From the NCBI GenBank assembly GCA_010093605.1, contig MU004186.1, positions 389,765 through 453,764 on the forward strand: DNA of 64,000 bases, given 5' to 3'. The first letter of the stretch is position 1. Each line of letters begins with the position of its first letter. The stretch comes from Lophium mytilinum. Taxonomy: Eukaryota. Under the pieces are notes generated by a model. It had not been told where the DNA came from, made no database searches, and saw only the letters and a list, made by a program, of their open reading frames with translations. A program made the position numbers and the translations under genes. Below, piece after piece: positions 39,338-51,082 of this stretch.

Positions 39338-41932
39338 ATGGCCATGTCGTCATCAGCAACACGTCCCGTCGAGCCTCAGAAACCTGAGCCCGCCAACTCC
39401 ACCGCGCCCCGGAAGCGCCGCAGGAGAGCACCAGCCACAGGAGCCGCCGAGGACTGCCACGCGTGTCGAAAGGCCCAGACGAAGTGTGATCGCAAGCGTC
39501 CGTACTGCGGGCCATGCATCGACCTGGGGAAGGAGTGCTCTGGCTACCGCACCACCTTGACCTGGGGCGTGGGAGTTGCAAGCAGAGGGAAGCTCCGCGG
39601 GTTGTCGACGCCTGTGGTGCAGACCCCGTCTCAGACCAGCAATGCCCGGGACTCCAAGACCCAGACCAGCTCGGACAAGGCTGCGTCAAACCGCCCGACG
39701 ACCTCCAAGGCCGATGCCCAGCGGACTCTGAACATGCAGCGCTCTCAATCACCGGCAAGTCCAGTCTCATACCCACCACCGCAAGAGTTCATGCACCTGG
39801 ATGCCACCAGCCCAATTCCAATCCCCTCTCCCACCCCGTCACATCTGGGATGGCACATTCCTGGGTATGGGGATCACCTAGACTACACCTCGCATTCAGG
39901 CAAAATGAGCCGCGCCCATCTCAACAGGGGACCACTCCAAAGGTTACACACATCACTGGCAGCGTCGTATGAAGACGCTGGACTATCTGCCTCCACGGGC
40001 TCTTTGAGCGCGTACAGCGACAGTGACTACCCGTCCCCAAGCGAATATCCCCAGACTCCCGAGGACTTCTCGTTTGCGGATCACTCGATTCCTCCTTACC
40101 ATGGCCTCCTCATGCATGAGCACACGCCAATGAGCTCGAGCGAGAACCTCCTTTACCAGGAGGCTCCTCGCTCGTACCCCGTGACCGACGACATGAGCTC
40201 TAGCATTAGCTCCGACCAGAGTCACCACGACTATGTTGAGGCCAACGCAGCGCCGACGGGGTCGTATGAGTCCTCGAGCTACCCGGATGTGTTTTTTGAA
40301 GGGGAGATGGGTGCAGGCGTTCATGGATTCTCCCATCCAGGCTACGCATATCTGCCCACCGAGGGTACGTCTTCCAATGGTTCCGGTGTGGTTTCTACAC
40401 AAGTGTCAGCGCTCACTCCTTCCGTTCCCCAGAACCTCTATCCTTCTCCCGCTTCCCACCTTTCCCAGCGGACGAGATACCTGCTGGACTACTACGACAA
40501 GTTTATATGCCCGGTGCTCGTGGCTTTTGATGGCCCTACGAATCCGTATCGGATGCACGTGATGCATTTGGCGATGCGGAACGAGGGCTTGCGAAACGCC
40601 ATTGCCGCCCTTGCGACGAACAACATTCGCATGCGAGGCGGCATCGAATCACACCGGCTGGGCTTTAAGCAGGACCATGGAGCTTCCGGACTTCTCCCCG
40701 ACCACGCCTACTCCAAGATGACAGCCGAAGAACTACGCGAGCTACACGGCGAACCTTCCCCAGAAGAGAGGGTTTACAAGTCGACATCCATTGCGCTGCT
40801 CAACGCCGAACTCGCGGACCCGATCCGCGCCAAAGACGACTCTGTCCTTGCTACTATTCTAATACTTTGTCTCTTCCACGTCTGTGACAGTGGATTTTCC
40901 AAATTTAAGACCCAATTAGCGGGCGTACAAAAGCTACTGAGCTTGCGGGACCGAAGCGTGCAATCCAATTTCGTCGGCTGGATCGAGGTCTTCTTCACGT
41001 GGTTTGATGTTATGAATAGCACGGTCAATGACCGTGAAGCGCAAGTCCTCGGCGATTCCCTCGACATGATGAATCTATCTACGGACCTCGGCGCTCTTGA
41101 GCACTTCTCAGGCTGCGAGGGAAGGTTGTTCAAACTCATTGCCCGGCTAGGGCGTCTCAACCTCCTCAGCCAGAATCGGCCAGTCCGAGATCTTTCCCCC
41201 GAAAATAGTACCACCCCTACGCAGACCCCGCAGCCGAAGAAGAGTGGCAAAGATTACTACTCCCTGCAATTTGAGAACCTCGATGGCAATGGGTGGGGTG
41301 CTTCTTTGGGTGACGCGCCCAGCATTGCTTCAACGTCGCCCCGAGGCAGCATCTCCGTAACGGAAGAGGATCCACGCGCCGTCTTCTGGATTGAGTGGCA
41401 CGACATACGATCGCGGCTTCAGGAGTGGGAGCTCGAGTCTACTGGTGCTCAGTCTTGCGGTGCGACCTCATCGTCACTAGCCTTGTCCCCTGCGCAAGCG
41501 GCGCTGCTGCACATCAGCGAAAGCTTCAGGTATGCGGCGTTGCTGTACACGGAGCGCTTGGCGCACCCCACGGTATCGTCGTCGGCGCTCAACATCCAAA
41601 ACCTAGTTGCGCAGGGCTTGTATCACATCTCGCAGATCGGTGTTACTTCGTGCGTTAACAAGTTTCTGCTATGGCCTCTATTCATCACGGGCACCGAGTG
41701 TGTCGACGAGCAGCATCGGGCGATTGTGCGACAGCGATGCGTCGAGATTCAACGCGAGAGTGGGTTCTTCAACAACCTTAGCGGGCTTGAGGTGTTGGAG
41801 CGTGTTTGGCGGGAGGATGACGAAAGGGAGGATGCCGACGGCCAGAGCGTTGAACAGGGCATACTAGGGGCTCAGGCGTTTAAGTGGCGCAGCGCGATGG
41901 ATCGCGTTGACGGGGAATACATCATGATCTAG
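39338..41932 (+). CDS. acr-2: Zn(II)2Cys6 transcription factor, ACR-2-like (acriflavine sensitivity control), with fungal-specific TF domain
   Basis: Intronless 864-aa ORF. RKRRRRAPATGAAEDCHACRKAQTKCDRKRPYCGPC..C.GY.T.LTWGVGVASRGKLRG binuclear cluster, YYDKFICPVLVAFDGPTNPYR, and LLWPLFITGTEC. Confidence 0.85.
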   Translation: MAMSSSATRPVEPQKPEPANSTAPRKRRRRAPATGAAEDCHACRKAQTKCDRKRPYCGPCIDLGKECSGYRTTLTWGVGVASRGKLRGLSTPVVQTPSQTSNARDSKTQTSSDKAASNRPTTSKADAQRTLNMQRSQSPASPVSYPPPQEFMHLDATSPIPIPSPTPSHLGWHIPGYGDHLDYTSHSGKMSRAHLNRGPLQRLHTSLAASYEDAGLSASTGSLSAYSDSDYPSPSEYPQTPEDFSFADHSIPPYHGLLMHEHTPMSSSENLLYQEAPRSYPVTDDMSSSISSDQSHHDYVEANAAPTGSYESSSYPDVFFEGEMGAGVHGFSHPGYAYLPTEGTSSNGSGVVSTQVSALTPSVPQNLYPSPASHLSQRTRYLLDYYDKFICPVLVAFDGPTNPYRMHVMHLAMRNEGLRNAIAALATNNIRMRGGIESHRLGFKQDHGASGLLPDHAYSKMTAEELRELHGEPSPEERVYKSTSIALLNAELADPIRAKDDSVLATILILCLFHVCDSGFSKFKTQLAGVQKLLSLRDRSVQSNFVGWIEVFFTWFDVMNSTVNDREAQVLGDSLDMMNLSTDLGALEHFSGCEGRLFKLIARLGRLNLLSQNRPVRDLSPENSTTPTQTPQPKKSGKDYYSLQFENLDGNGWGASLGDAPSIASTSPRGSISVTEEDPRAVFWIEWHDIRSRLQEWELESTGAQSCGATSSSLALSPAQAALLHISESFRYAALLYTERLAHPTVSSSALNIQNLVAQGLYHISQIGVTSCVNKFLLWPLFITGTECVDEQHRAIVRQRCVEIQRESGFFNNLSGLEVLERVWREDDEREDADGQSVEQGILGAQAFKWRSAMDRVDGEYIMI

Positions 41933-43830
41933 CATGGATGCAGTCCGGGGCCGGGAGGGGCATGAGGCTCGAGCGGGCCGGCTGGTGTCGTTTGTCACGG
42001 TTATTATAACACTGACATTGACAGCAAAACGGGCGGTGGCTTTGGGGCGTTGTATCGGCATTTCAGCATTTGCAGGATTTGGGCTCACGATCGCATGAGG
42101 CACGCGGCAATATATCAGTCACGAGGACAAGGAAATCATATCATGATATGAGGGCACAAAAATTATCACACCATCACAAACCTTCATCTGTCTTTTTTCA
42201 TCCTCACTGACTCCATTGTCTCTGCCAATTTTTAGCGCATTAACAAGCACAGACTACAACAGCTCGGCGCATCTCCAGACCTGGGCGGGGTTCTGGAAAG
42301 CCGGATGCTGGGATGGGCATTATCGGTATCAGGTATGGAACATGGGTGCCTTCAATGGATCGCGTACCTAGGCTAGCGCATCTGGCTCCACAACGCCTAT
42401 ACATACCCCATATCGCACTCTATGTGCAACCGCATTTACACTAGCACGGGACCTGTCTATTATATCGGCACCACCCGCAGTCCTCCCTCGTAACGATCTT
42501 ATAGAAGGTTGCGATTGCTGACTGCGCTCGATAGCCATTCCCTGAAGGCTCTATGTAGCGCTCGTCCCATCTGACAATGTTGCGATCCGCGCCGGGGATT
42601 CGGGGCATCTTGTTTCAAGTCTCGGTCAGCCTTGGCGTGGAGGTGGCTATGGCGCACGCTTGCGAGTGGACGTTCGGGTTCGCACAGCAGAGGCCACCAT
42701 GACATGTCTCTCGGGCTCTCCGTCCAGCCAGTGACAGGCGGGGCTGCGCAGCACGCAACTCTCAATTCTCTGCGCAGTGGAGCGCGCGATCTGGCGTGTG
42801 CCCACTGCAACAGCAGCTGTCAGAGGCGGTCCTTGCGACGGACCCCTCGGACCCTCTTCTTTGCTGTTGCTGGTTGCCACCACTTTGTGCGCGGAAATAA
42901 TGATGGCGCCCGCTCCGGAGCCGCCATCCCACTCTGCAACGTACACACGCTCAGCGGGATGTCGGACGCTTCGACATGCAAAGTGTGGCGAACACGAGGG
43001 ATGAGGTCTGGAGAGCGACAGGATGGACAACCCGAAGTCGGGATGTGCGATCCGAGGCGGCGAGAGAGAGAAAGAATAGGCGTCTTGCTTGCTTGCAGTA
43101 GCGGACTGGCAATGGAGCTCCCATCTGCACATCCCGATGTGCCTCAACCCAGTTTTCGAATCGACTTTGGCGCTGCTGAGCGCGAGGCGCCGCGCTGGGT
43201 GATCTGGACGGGTTCAGCGATAGTCCCAAAACAGCGCCTCTAGGGCCGGTTTTTACACCTTTTCCTCGTTGAGCCTCGGTGTTTCGGTTACTAATCAGGT
43301 CTTCGCAATCATAAGACGTCCCGTGACCTTTTGTTACCACCTTAATGGCGTCGTATTGCTCGGTGATCGCCTTACTACTTTGAAAACGCCCTGGCAGATC
43401 CCTGTGCTACAATTCATGGCCGATACTGTCTACTCCTCCGTGGTTGGATGACGGAGGAGGCTTCGATCTCTGGAGGGGGCCAAGCGTGCAGATCCGATCA
43501 CAGCGACCTGCACGCCAACTCACTAGCCTTCAGCCTCTCAACACCAGAGCCACACGCCAAAGGCGCCCGTCGAAGTATCGTCATCGACTTGTTGTTTTGG
43601 TCGTGAGGCTTGGCAGGGTCAAAAGTCGCCATGTCTCAACACGCCCTCCTTACCGGCGGCGTCGTTGCTTGTCGACCTTCCTATCTTTTCCGCCATCGAT
43701 GCACCGCGTTGTCTTCGCTGTTCCCCCCGACCTGCATGTCTTGTCCTGCACCCTGAGCATTGCCCTCATTTCACGTCCACGCCCAGCTTTGCGGACAAAT
43801 TCGGCGTCCTGGCCCGCGGCACTCCAGACA

Positions 43831-46632
43831 ATGGCCAAACGCAAGCGATCGTCTGTGTCGGCCGCCTCCGCCTCTGCTGCACCACAGCCCCTCGCATCTC
43901 AACACCCTCACCCACCTGCCTTGAAGAGCGCGACGCCCGTAGTATCGGCCCCTAACCTAGCGCCTCCGCCTGCATCTGCACCTAACCGCCGTCTATCACA
44001 ACGAACAGCCGCCCCAACGTCCGCTGCGACGACGAACCCAGACCGCAACCCCACGATAATCGACGGCGCCACGGCCCTTCGAGCATCTCCAACGGGCGAT
44101 TCGAATGCGGGGATCATCCCGCCTCCCTTATGTACGGACGGCCAAGTATCCTACTCTGGCCTCCCCGATGCGCCTACGCTCGAGCCTCCCGCGAAGAAGA
44201 TGCGAGGGGCGCGTCGTGATGCTGCATCGAAGCCTGCAGCGAAGTCAGGACCACAGGGCTTAGCCGTGGGGGTGGGGAGCAGCGTCAGTAGATCGGCTGG
44301 TAAGGCTGGCACGGCTACCTCTCCAGGCAGAATCACATGTGAGGACGATATCCAAAACGATCCAGAGGCCGAGGACGACGAGCAGATCGACGACGCCGAC
44401 GTCGAGCAGGCACTGGCGAGACCGCCGCCCGTCGACAGCGACTATTTGCCTCTACCGTGGAAGGGACGGCTAGGCTATGTGCGTGAGCCCCTGACGCTGC
44501 TGCACGGCGTTTTCGATAGACCTGCAGGAGACAGACCACCTCGTCTCGAGACTTTAACGAACGACACGGCTAACACTGGTGCGCAGGCCTGCCTCAACAC
44601 CTACCTTCGCAACGCGAACCCCCCCGTCTTCAGTTCGAGGACCTGCCGGATTGCCTCTATCCTCGAGCATCGCCATCCCCTGAAGGATCCGTCGCTGCCC
44701 GAGCACCCTACCAAGAACCGCCCGGACCGCGACCAGCCGGCTAATGTGGCCCGCGGGCAAGCGTACGTCGAGGCGCTGGGCCTGGCCAACGCCGGCGATG
44801 TTGTCAAGATGCTGCGCTGGAACGACCGCTACGGTATCAAGTTTATGCGGTTGAGCAGCGAGATGTTCCCCTTCGCAAGCCACGCCGAGTACGGCTACAA
44901 GTTAGCCCCTTTTGCGGCCGAGACGCTGGCGGAGGCTGGCAAAGTGGTAGCAGAGTTGGGGCATAGAGTTACTACCCATCCGGGACAGGTAAGCACGCAC
45001 TGTCTCTCTTTACATAATGCCAATTGCGTGAATGAGGGGAATTATTCGTCTCCCTTTCCCCATGGGCAGAGAACTATGAATGGCGGTGAAGTGGGGGGTG
45101 TAGTCCGTATATGCCTTGGACCCTTGCAACCTGATGGCCAGAGGTCACGAGACACTCGTGACGGTGACAAAGGCTATTGAGTCGGCATGCTACGCTGCTG
45201 TACGACTTGGAGCAAAGTCGCGTGGGCTACACACATTCGTGCCCATAATGACCTCAAGGCGATGGTCTTTGGTTATCAAATCGCGTTTTGAGTCTCTGGC
45301 TATCGAATCGCGTTATAAACCTCTGGTCATCAACTCGCAAAACTGGTCCGAGGCATACAATAGACTACCTATACCGCTCACTCACACCCCTCACAAAACA
45401 ACTCTCAACCCACCACCTACAAACCCCCAACTAACCTCAATCACCAGTTCACCCAACTCGGCTCCCCCCGCGCCCCCGTCATAACCGCCTCGCTCCGCGA
45501 CCTCGCCTACCACGACGAACTCCTCTCCCTGCTCCGCCTTCCCCCACAGCAAAACCGTGACGCCGTCATGATCCTGCACATGGGCGGCGTCTTCGGCGAC
45601 AAGCTCGAAACCCTCGCCCGCTTCCGCACCAACTACGCCACGCTCCCCCAAAGCGTGAAAAACCGTCTCGTGCTCGAAAACGACGACGTGAGCTGGCACG
45701 TCCACGACCTACTACCCGTCTGCGAAGAATTAAACATCCCCCTCGTGCTCGACTTCCACCACCACAACATCCTATTCGATGCGAGTGCGGTAAGAGAGGG
45801 GACGGCGGATGTGGTGGGGTTGTTCCCGCGGATCCGCGCGACGTGGACGCGCAAGGGGATTACGCAGAAGATGCATTATAGTGAGAGCGAGCCGCAGGCG
45901 GTGACGGCGAGGCAGCGGCGGAAGCATAGTCCGCGCGTGAAGACGCTGCCGCCGTGTGTGGCGGAGATGGATTTGATGATTGAGGCGAAGGATAAGGAGC
46001 AGGCGGTTTTCGAGCTGATGAAGGTGTTTAGGCTGCCCGGGTTTGAGCGGCTTGCGGATCTTGTTCCGTATTGTCGAGATGATGAGAATAGGCCTGTTGC
46101 GAAGCGGGCGGCGCCGAAGAAGGGGAGGAAGATTAAGGGCGAGGAGTTGGAAGAGGTTGGGGAGCAGATTGAGAGTCAGGAGGCTGTTAAGGAGGTGGTG
46201 CGGGAGGAGGATGTGGGTATGGGCGGGCCGGATGGGAGGGTGTATTGGCCGCCTGGGATGGAGGAATGGCTGCGGCCTAAGAAACGTGTCGTCGTGAAGA
46301 AAGAAGACGGCGGGAAGGCTACGCCGGCGAAGAAGGCCAAAGCTAAAGATGCTGGAAACCCAGCTCAAGATATCGTCAAAGTTGAACAGGAGGACGAAGT
46401 AGCTGCCCCTGCTAAACGCCCCGCTCCTAAGCGCGCTGCGAGCGCGAGGAAGAAAGCTGCGAAAGAGGTTCCTACTCCATCCACGTCTGATGGCGAAGAT
46501 GAGGTGGACGATTTCAGTACTCTCGAGACTGAGGTCGAGGTGCAGCCGAAGCGTGCGAATGGCGTGAAGGCGAAGCCGGCTGCGAGGAAGAGCAAGAGGG
46601 CGCAGAAGGTCAACTATGCTGAGGAGGAATAG
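43831..46632 (+). CDS. uve1: UV-damage endonuclease (UVDE/Uve1)
   Basis: LPLPWKGRLGY|ACLNTYLR, FMRLSSEMFPFASH, THPGQ|FTQLGSPR, MILHMGG, RLVLENDD, VLDFHHH, QKMHYSE and DLMIEAKDKEQAV. Introns 44479-44586 and 44989-45447. Start ATG 43831 MAKRKRSS. Confidence 0.94.
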
Positions 46633-47016
46633 TGTTTGAAGCGAAGGCGTACTTGTAGTGTAGCTGTATGATTAGGTAATAGACAGATATATACAATATG
46701 AGGGGGTTTATATGGCAAGTTCTAGCAGAACATGTGACGTGAAGAAGTGTCGAGCGCATGTTATGGTGACTGAGTTTCTGTTTTCCGGGGTTAGACTTGT
46801 AGTGTCTTTTCCGGCGATGTGATATGAGGCCGGTTTTCTATGCGCAGAACTGGAGCCTTTGAATCAGGCATTCGCATTTCCGGAATCATCCTGAGAGGGC
46901 TGGGGGTCGTGTGCAGTAGTTCTGAGTCCGTCAGAATCATCTTCCTATCGATTTGAATCGCACTGATGTGCATATGTGACCAGAGAATTAACTTTGGGAA
47001 CCGCTGATGCGCGCAG

Positions 47017-47466
47017 CTATTTCGCTTCAGGTGTACGTGGAATTACCCCTGCATATTGTTCCGCGGCATTCTCGCCTGTCTGAAGAAGTTCCATAACGGC
47101 GCTGATGAAGGGGTATTTTGGATTATTTTGGAGCTCTTCAGCTGTGGCCGCCGACATGCTAGTAATATAGAAGGGTTTCTCGATTTCTGGAAAATCGCTT
47201 CGTGGCGTGAGGATACCAGAAGTGTTGTCTAGATTGCTTGTGAAATTCAAGAATACGTCGTAGTCGGTGCCAAACTTCGCCATGATCCAGTAACGCCCTA
47301 ATGCAGCTGACGGTGTCTGGAATGGCGGAGGGGACGGACTTGAAGCGCCTGGAGGGGGAGATACGGTCGTTGGCTTTTGCGTATTTTCTAATTCTGATAG
47401 CGATGTTTGCTCCGCATTTGACGCTTGCGAAGACGTAGCCTTCTTAGGCGACTCTTGATCACTCAT
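47017..47466 (-). CDS. Hypothetical 149-aa protein, possibly a gene fragment
   Basis: ATG-initiated ORF with an S/P-rich N-half and a globular-looking C-half (YWIMAKFGTDYDVFLNF...PFISAV). No confident family assignment. Confidence 0.45.
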   Translation of the reverse strand: MSDQESPKKATSSQASNAEQTSLSELENTQKPTTVSPPPGASSPSPPPFQTPSAALGRYWIMAKFGTDYDVFLNFTSNLDNTSGILTPRSDFPEIEKPFYITSMSAATAEELQNNPKYPFISAVMELLQTGENAAEQYAGVIPRTPEAK

Positions 47467-48634
47467 GACGACGCTTAATTTTGGTCTCTAAAATAGAAAG
47501 GCTGCTATATCTAGTAGCAGGGTAAGCTGTCATCATTAGAATTTGACGAGATAGAGCTTGTGGTGTTGTGCCGGCGTGCCTGTGGTTTTGAGAGCTAATG
47601 TGACCGCGCCGCACACCACCTCTGTCGGGCCAGTCGTGATGTCGCCGCCGCTCGGCGGCGTAATCAGTTTAGATTTCGATTCAAATAGATAGGCGTTGGG
47701 CCCAATGACAGCTTTGGATTCTTTTTTACTGGCGTGACGTTCGAGAGTTGGAAGGAGGTGACGATCGCGGTCACTTGGAAGGTGCGAGGCTGGATATGGG
47801 TGCTGGAGCCACCTGATCTCTGATTGGTAGAATCAAAAGGCTGTCAAGTCTGAGGTTGTAAATTGAACTTTTCTTGACTGGTGTCACAGAGCGGGATCTG
47901 GTGGGTAGCTGTTAACAGAGATATGACAGATGACTTTTAAAGTCTTGGGTGATTAGAGGAAGTGTCCGACTCACGAGGATAGCAGTGCAGAACTGTTGCG
48001 CGCCTAAGCTAGTATGTCGATTGAAAGAGAACTCGTGCACTTGAAAGCAACAAGTACAAGCAGGGGGTGAGAAACTAAGGACGCTGCCCACTCGTGACTA
48101 TACGATAAACGCGTTCAGACAATGAATGAAATGAACTAGTAGAGAATACTTGGTGTGATCTAGAGACTTGACGGACTTCCTCTTATACAAACAACAATAC
48201 TGGCACTGCCAGACCCCAGACTTGGGACTAGACAAAATTTCCACCAAAAGAAAGATCAGAGACTGATGGTTCGCGTGCAGTACTCACGAAAGGACGCGTA
48301 GAACAGGGAGAGGCACGATAGTCCCTTTTGCGACGCAACGCCGCAAATATGTCCGCAGCTCTAAGACGTTACAAATATACAACTAAACAACATCTATTGT
48401 AGGAAATGACAGGTAGGATATTTGCAAATACTCCCGCCGTAAGAACTTTGGAAGAGACATACCGAGTCGTAAATGCCTGGTTCCTAAGCTATAGAAGTAG
48501 TTTGACGCGGTCACGATGTAACACTTCTGCGCGAATCAACACTTCCTAGTATTATGCATCCACCAACATCATTCAAAGTAGATTAGTATATCTACCTCTC
48601 GAAGAGTGCCATTTACAGGAAGGAACATGATCCA

Positions 48635-50760
48635 TCAGCTATCACCGCCCTCGCCATCATCCTCAGAATCAATCTCCTCCAGTTTTGCCTTATCCTTGAC
48701 AAACTCTTTGTCTTTATCAAGAGTAGCCTCAAACCCGCCGGAGGTGACGTATAAGAAAGTCGAGTCCCTGTAGTTATCGATATGGGAGAAGAAGTTGTGA
48801 AATCTAAACCCACAATCAGCAAAAATGCCCCGATAGATATAAGTTATCCACTGTGGGAGAAAAAAAGGCAGAACTTACTGGTTCGACTCCGCCTCCTCCC
48901 TGAAGATCCTTTCGTAGATCTCCCTCTGCTTAAACTCATCCACCGTCTCTTTGTACCTGTCAAAATCAACCGTCGCCCTCCCATGCTTTTCCGCTTGCAA
49001 AGTATTATAACTGTCAAACACCGGTCTTTCCAATAGCAACCCCAAACCGGGCGCCTTCGGAATCGGCATCAGAACGTTCTTATACGACTCCTCCATTCTC
49101 TCAATCGGACAACCGCACCGCACCACTAGCGCAGCCATCCCGACCATCTTCCGGATCTGGTGCATCATGAAGCTCTGGCCGTGGACTTTGAGGCTCAGCC
49201 ACTCGGTGTCGTTGATCATGATGGGCTGCTCGGCGACTTGGAAGGACTTAATATGGCGTTTGGCCGAGGGGTCTTTGAACTTCTTGCGCACGGTGTAATT
49301 GTGGTAGTTCTTGGTCCCGAGGTATTGGTTGAGGGTTTCTTGGACGCGGATCTTACGGGCGGAGGAGATACGGTAGGAGCGTTTAGCGTCCATGTAGGCG
49401 CGGCGGAGAGATTTGATGGCCGCGTCGAGGGCAGAGCGGTGGAGGGTATTTTCTGGGAGTGGGACAGTACCGTCGGAGGTGTCATTCAAGGATATGTCTT
49501 TGTTTGAATCTTCAATCTGCTGTATGGCTGCATCGGTTTCCGCATTCTCGATCGCTTCGGCTTTGATCTTGGTACCTCCATTGGTTATGGGCTCTGAATG
49601 TTGTGCTTTAGCTTCCTCCTGCGACGATTCTTCGACTTTTATGTCGAGTGCTTTATCGACAACAGAATCTGAAGTCTTGTCGATATAACCGTCTACTTGA
49701 TACAAGGACGCCTCCACTAGTGGCCGTATTGAATCATCCATGGCATCCAAAAGCGGCTTGATTGTTTTCTCCTCGACCTCGGCCCAAAAATCTGCAACTT
49801 CTTCCTGGCGCTTGAGGTGCTCTTTCAGATCACCCTGCTTCTCTGCAATTTCCACAATTTTCTTACCCATGAAACTAGAAGGATGTGGTGGGAGGAATGC
49901 ATGCGTTGGTATTAAATATTCGTACCACCGTGAGTCGCACGCTTGATAGCAACTGAATGCTGCAGTAGTACGCTCGATTCCCCATACTCTGATCTGAGGT
50001 GACAGATGACTGTTAATCTTTTCCACAATGTCCGCATCTTCTATGATAAGTTTGAGTGAGATGACATTGCCGGCTGCGTGCACTCCCTTATCCGTCCGGG
50101 CACAGCGAACGAGCGAGGATTTCTTCGGGTCATCGGCGTTGGATTTGGAGATTGCCCCAGCAGCTACGAAAGCTGTGAACAGGTCACCCTCAATCGTCTT
50201 TTGCAGGGTGTCTCTGCAAGTGGGTTAGTAAGGTTCCCTTGTGAGTCCACGTAGTTTGTATTCTCACATCTGCATTCCCTTGTAACCAGTGCCGGAATAG
50301 CCCAACATAACAGCGACCTTGCGCTTTGGTCTCCTCTCCTCGGCCTCGATCTCTTCCTTCGGAAATGCTGACGGCAGCACTGAATCGGCAGTCTTGCCAT
50401 CCTCCTCGAGCTTTTGCCGTTTCGCCTTTTCACTATCGTTGCGGCCTCTTCTGTCTAATTGTTCCCGGCTTGCCCAATTAGTAGTGCAATTTTCTAGCTT
50501 CGTAGATTCGATCCTTACAAATGTTCCCGACGTCCCATATTCTTTTTCTTATCTCCACCGCGAGATCCATGCTGTAGCCGTCCGCCTCGCTCCCATTTGC
50601 GCTTCTTGTTCCGGCCTGAGTCTGGGAATGACTCTTTCGAGTTGTCGTCGTCGCGGTCGAGTGTGACAGAGCTCGCTGGAGTACTCGGTCTTGTGTCACC
50701 GCCCATGGTGATGGAACTCGCGGGAGTATTTGGGCGCTCAGGTCGCTCAGGCGGGTCCAT
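48635..50760 (-). CDS. PUS1: tRNA pseudouridine synthase Pus1 (TruA family)
   Basis: KRKVAVMLGYSGTGYKGMQ, TIEGDLFTAFVAAGAISKSNADDPKKSSLVRCARTDKGVHAAGNVISLK with the catalytic Asp, GTKNYHNYT, HGQSFMMHQIRKMVG and PKAPGLGLLL. Multi-exon. Confidence 0.94.
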
Positions 50761-51082
50761 GATTGGCGACAAAGGAGCATGGAAAGATAGTTAGAAAGGA
50801 AAGGATGGAATGGAGTGAGGAGCTCGCGGAGAAATTCAGCACCAGTTTCGTCAAATGCGATGATTGGTCTGAGCTTATATTTCTGCCACCGCCTTAGCCG
50901 GCCTTGGCAGGGCTGAATGAATCCCCTCGACCGTATCTCAGGCCCATTGTCTGCCGAAATACACCTTAACATCACTATCTCACCTCACTGAATACAGCTC
51001 TCGAAACGCAACACCGCTACCAACTCACCTTCCCCGAGCTTTAGTGGATGCCCGATACGACTTGACGCGACTCCACGCAGCC

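Noticed and set aside
42499..43830. ORFs 42632-43243 and 42647-43147, and the 5' extension of ORF 43444
   Set aside because: No recognisable motifs. UVE1 plausibly starts at ATG 43831.
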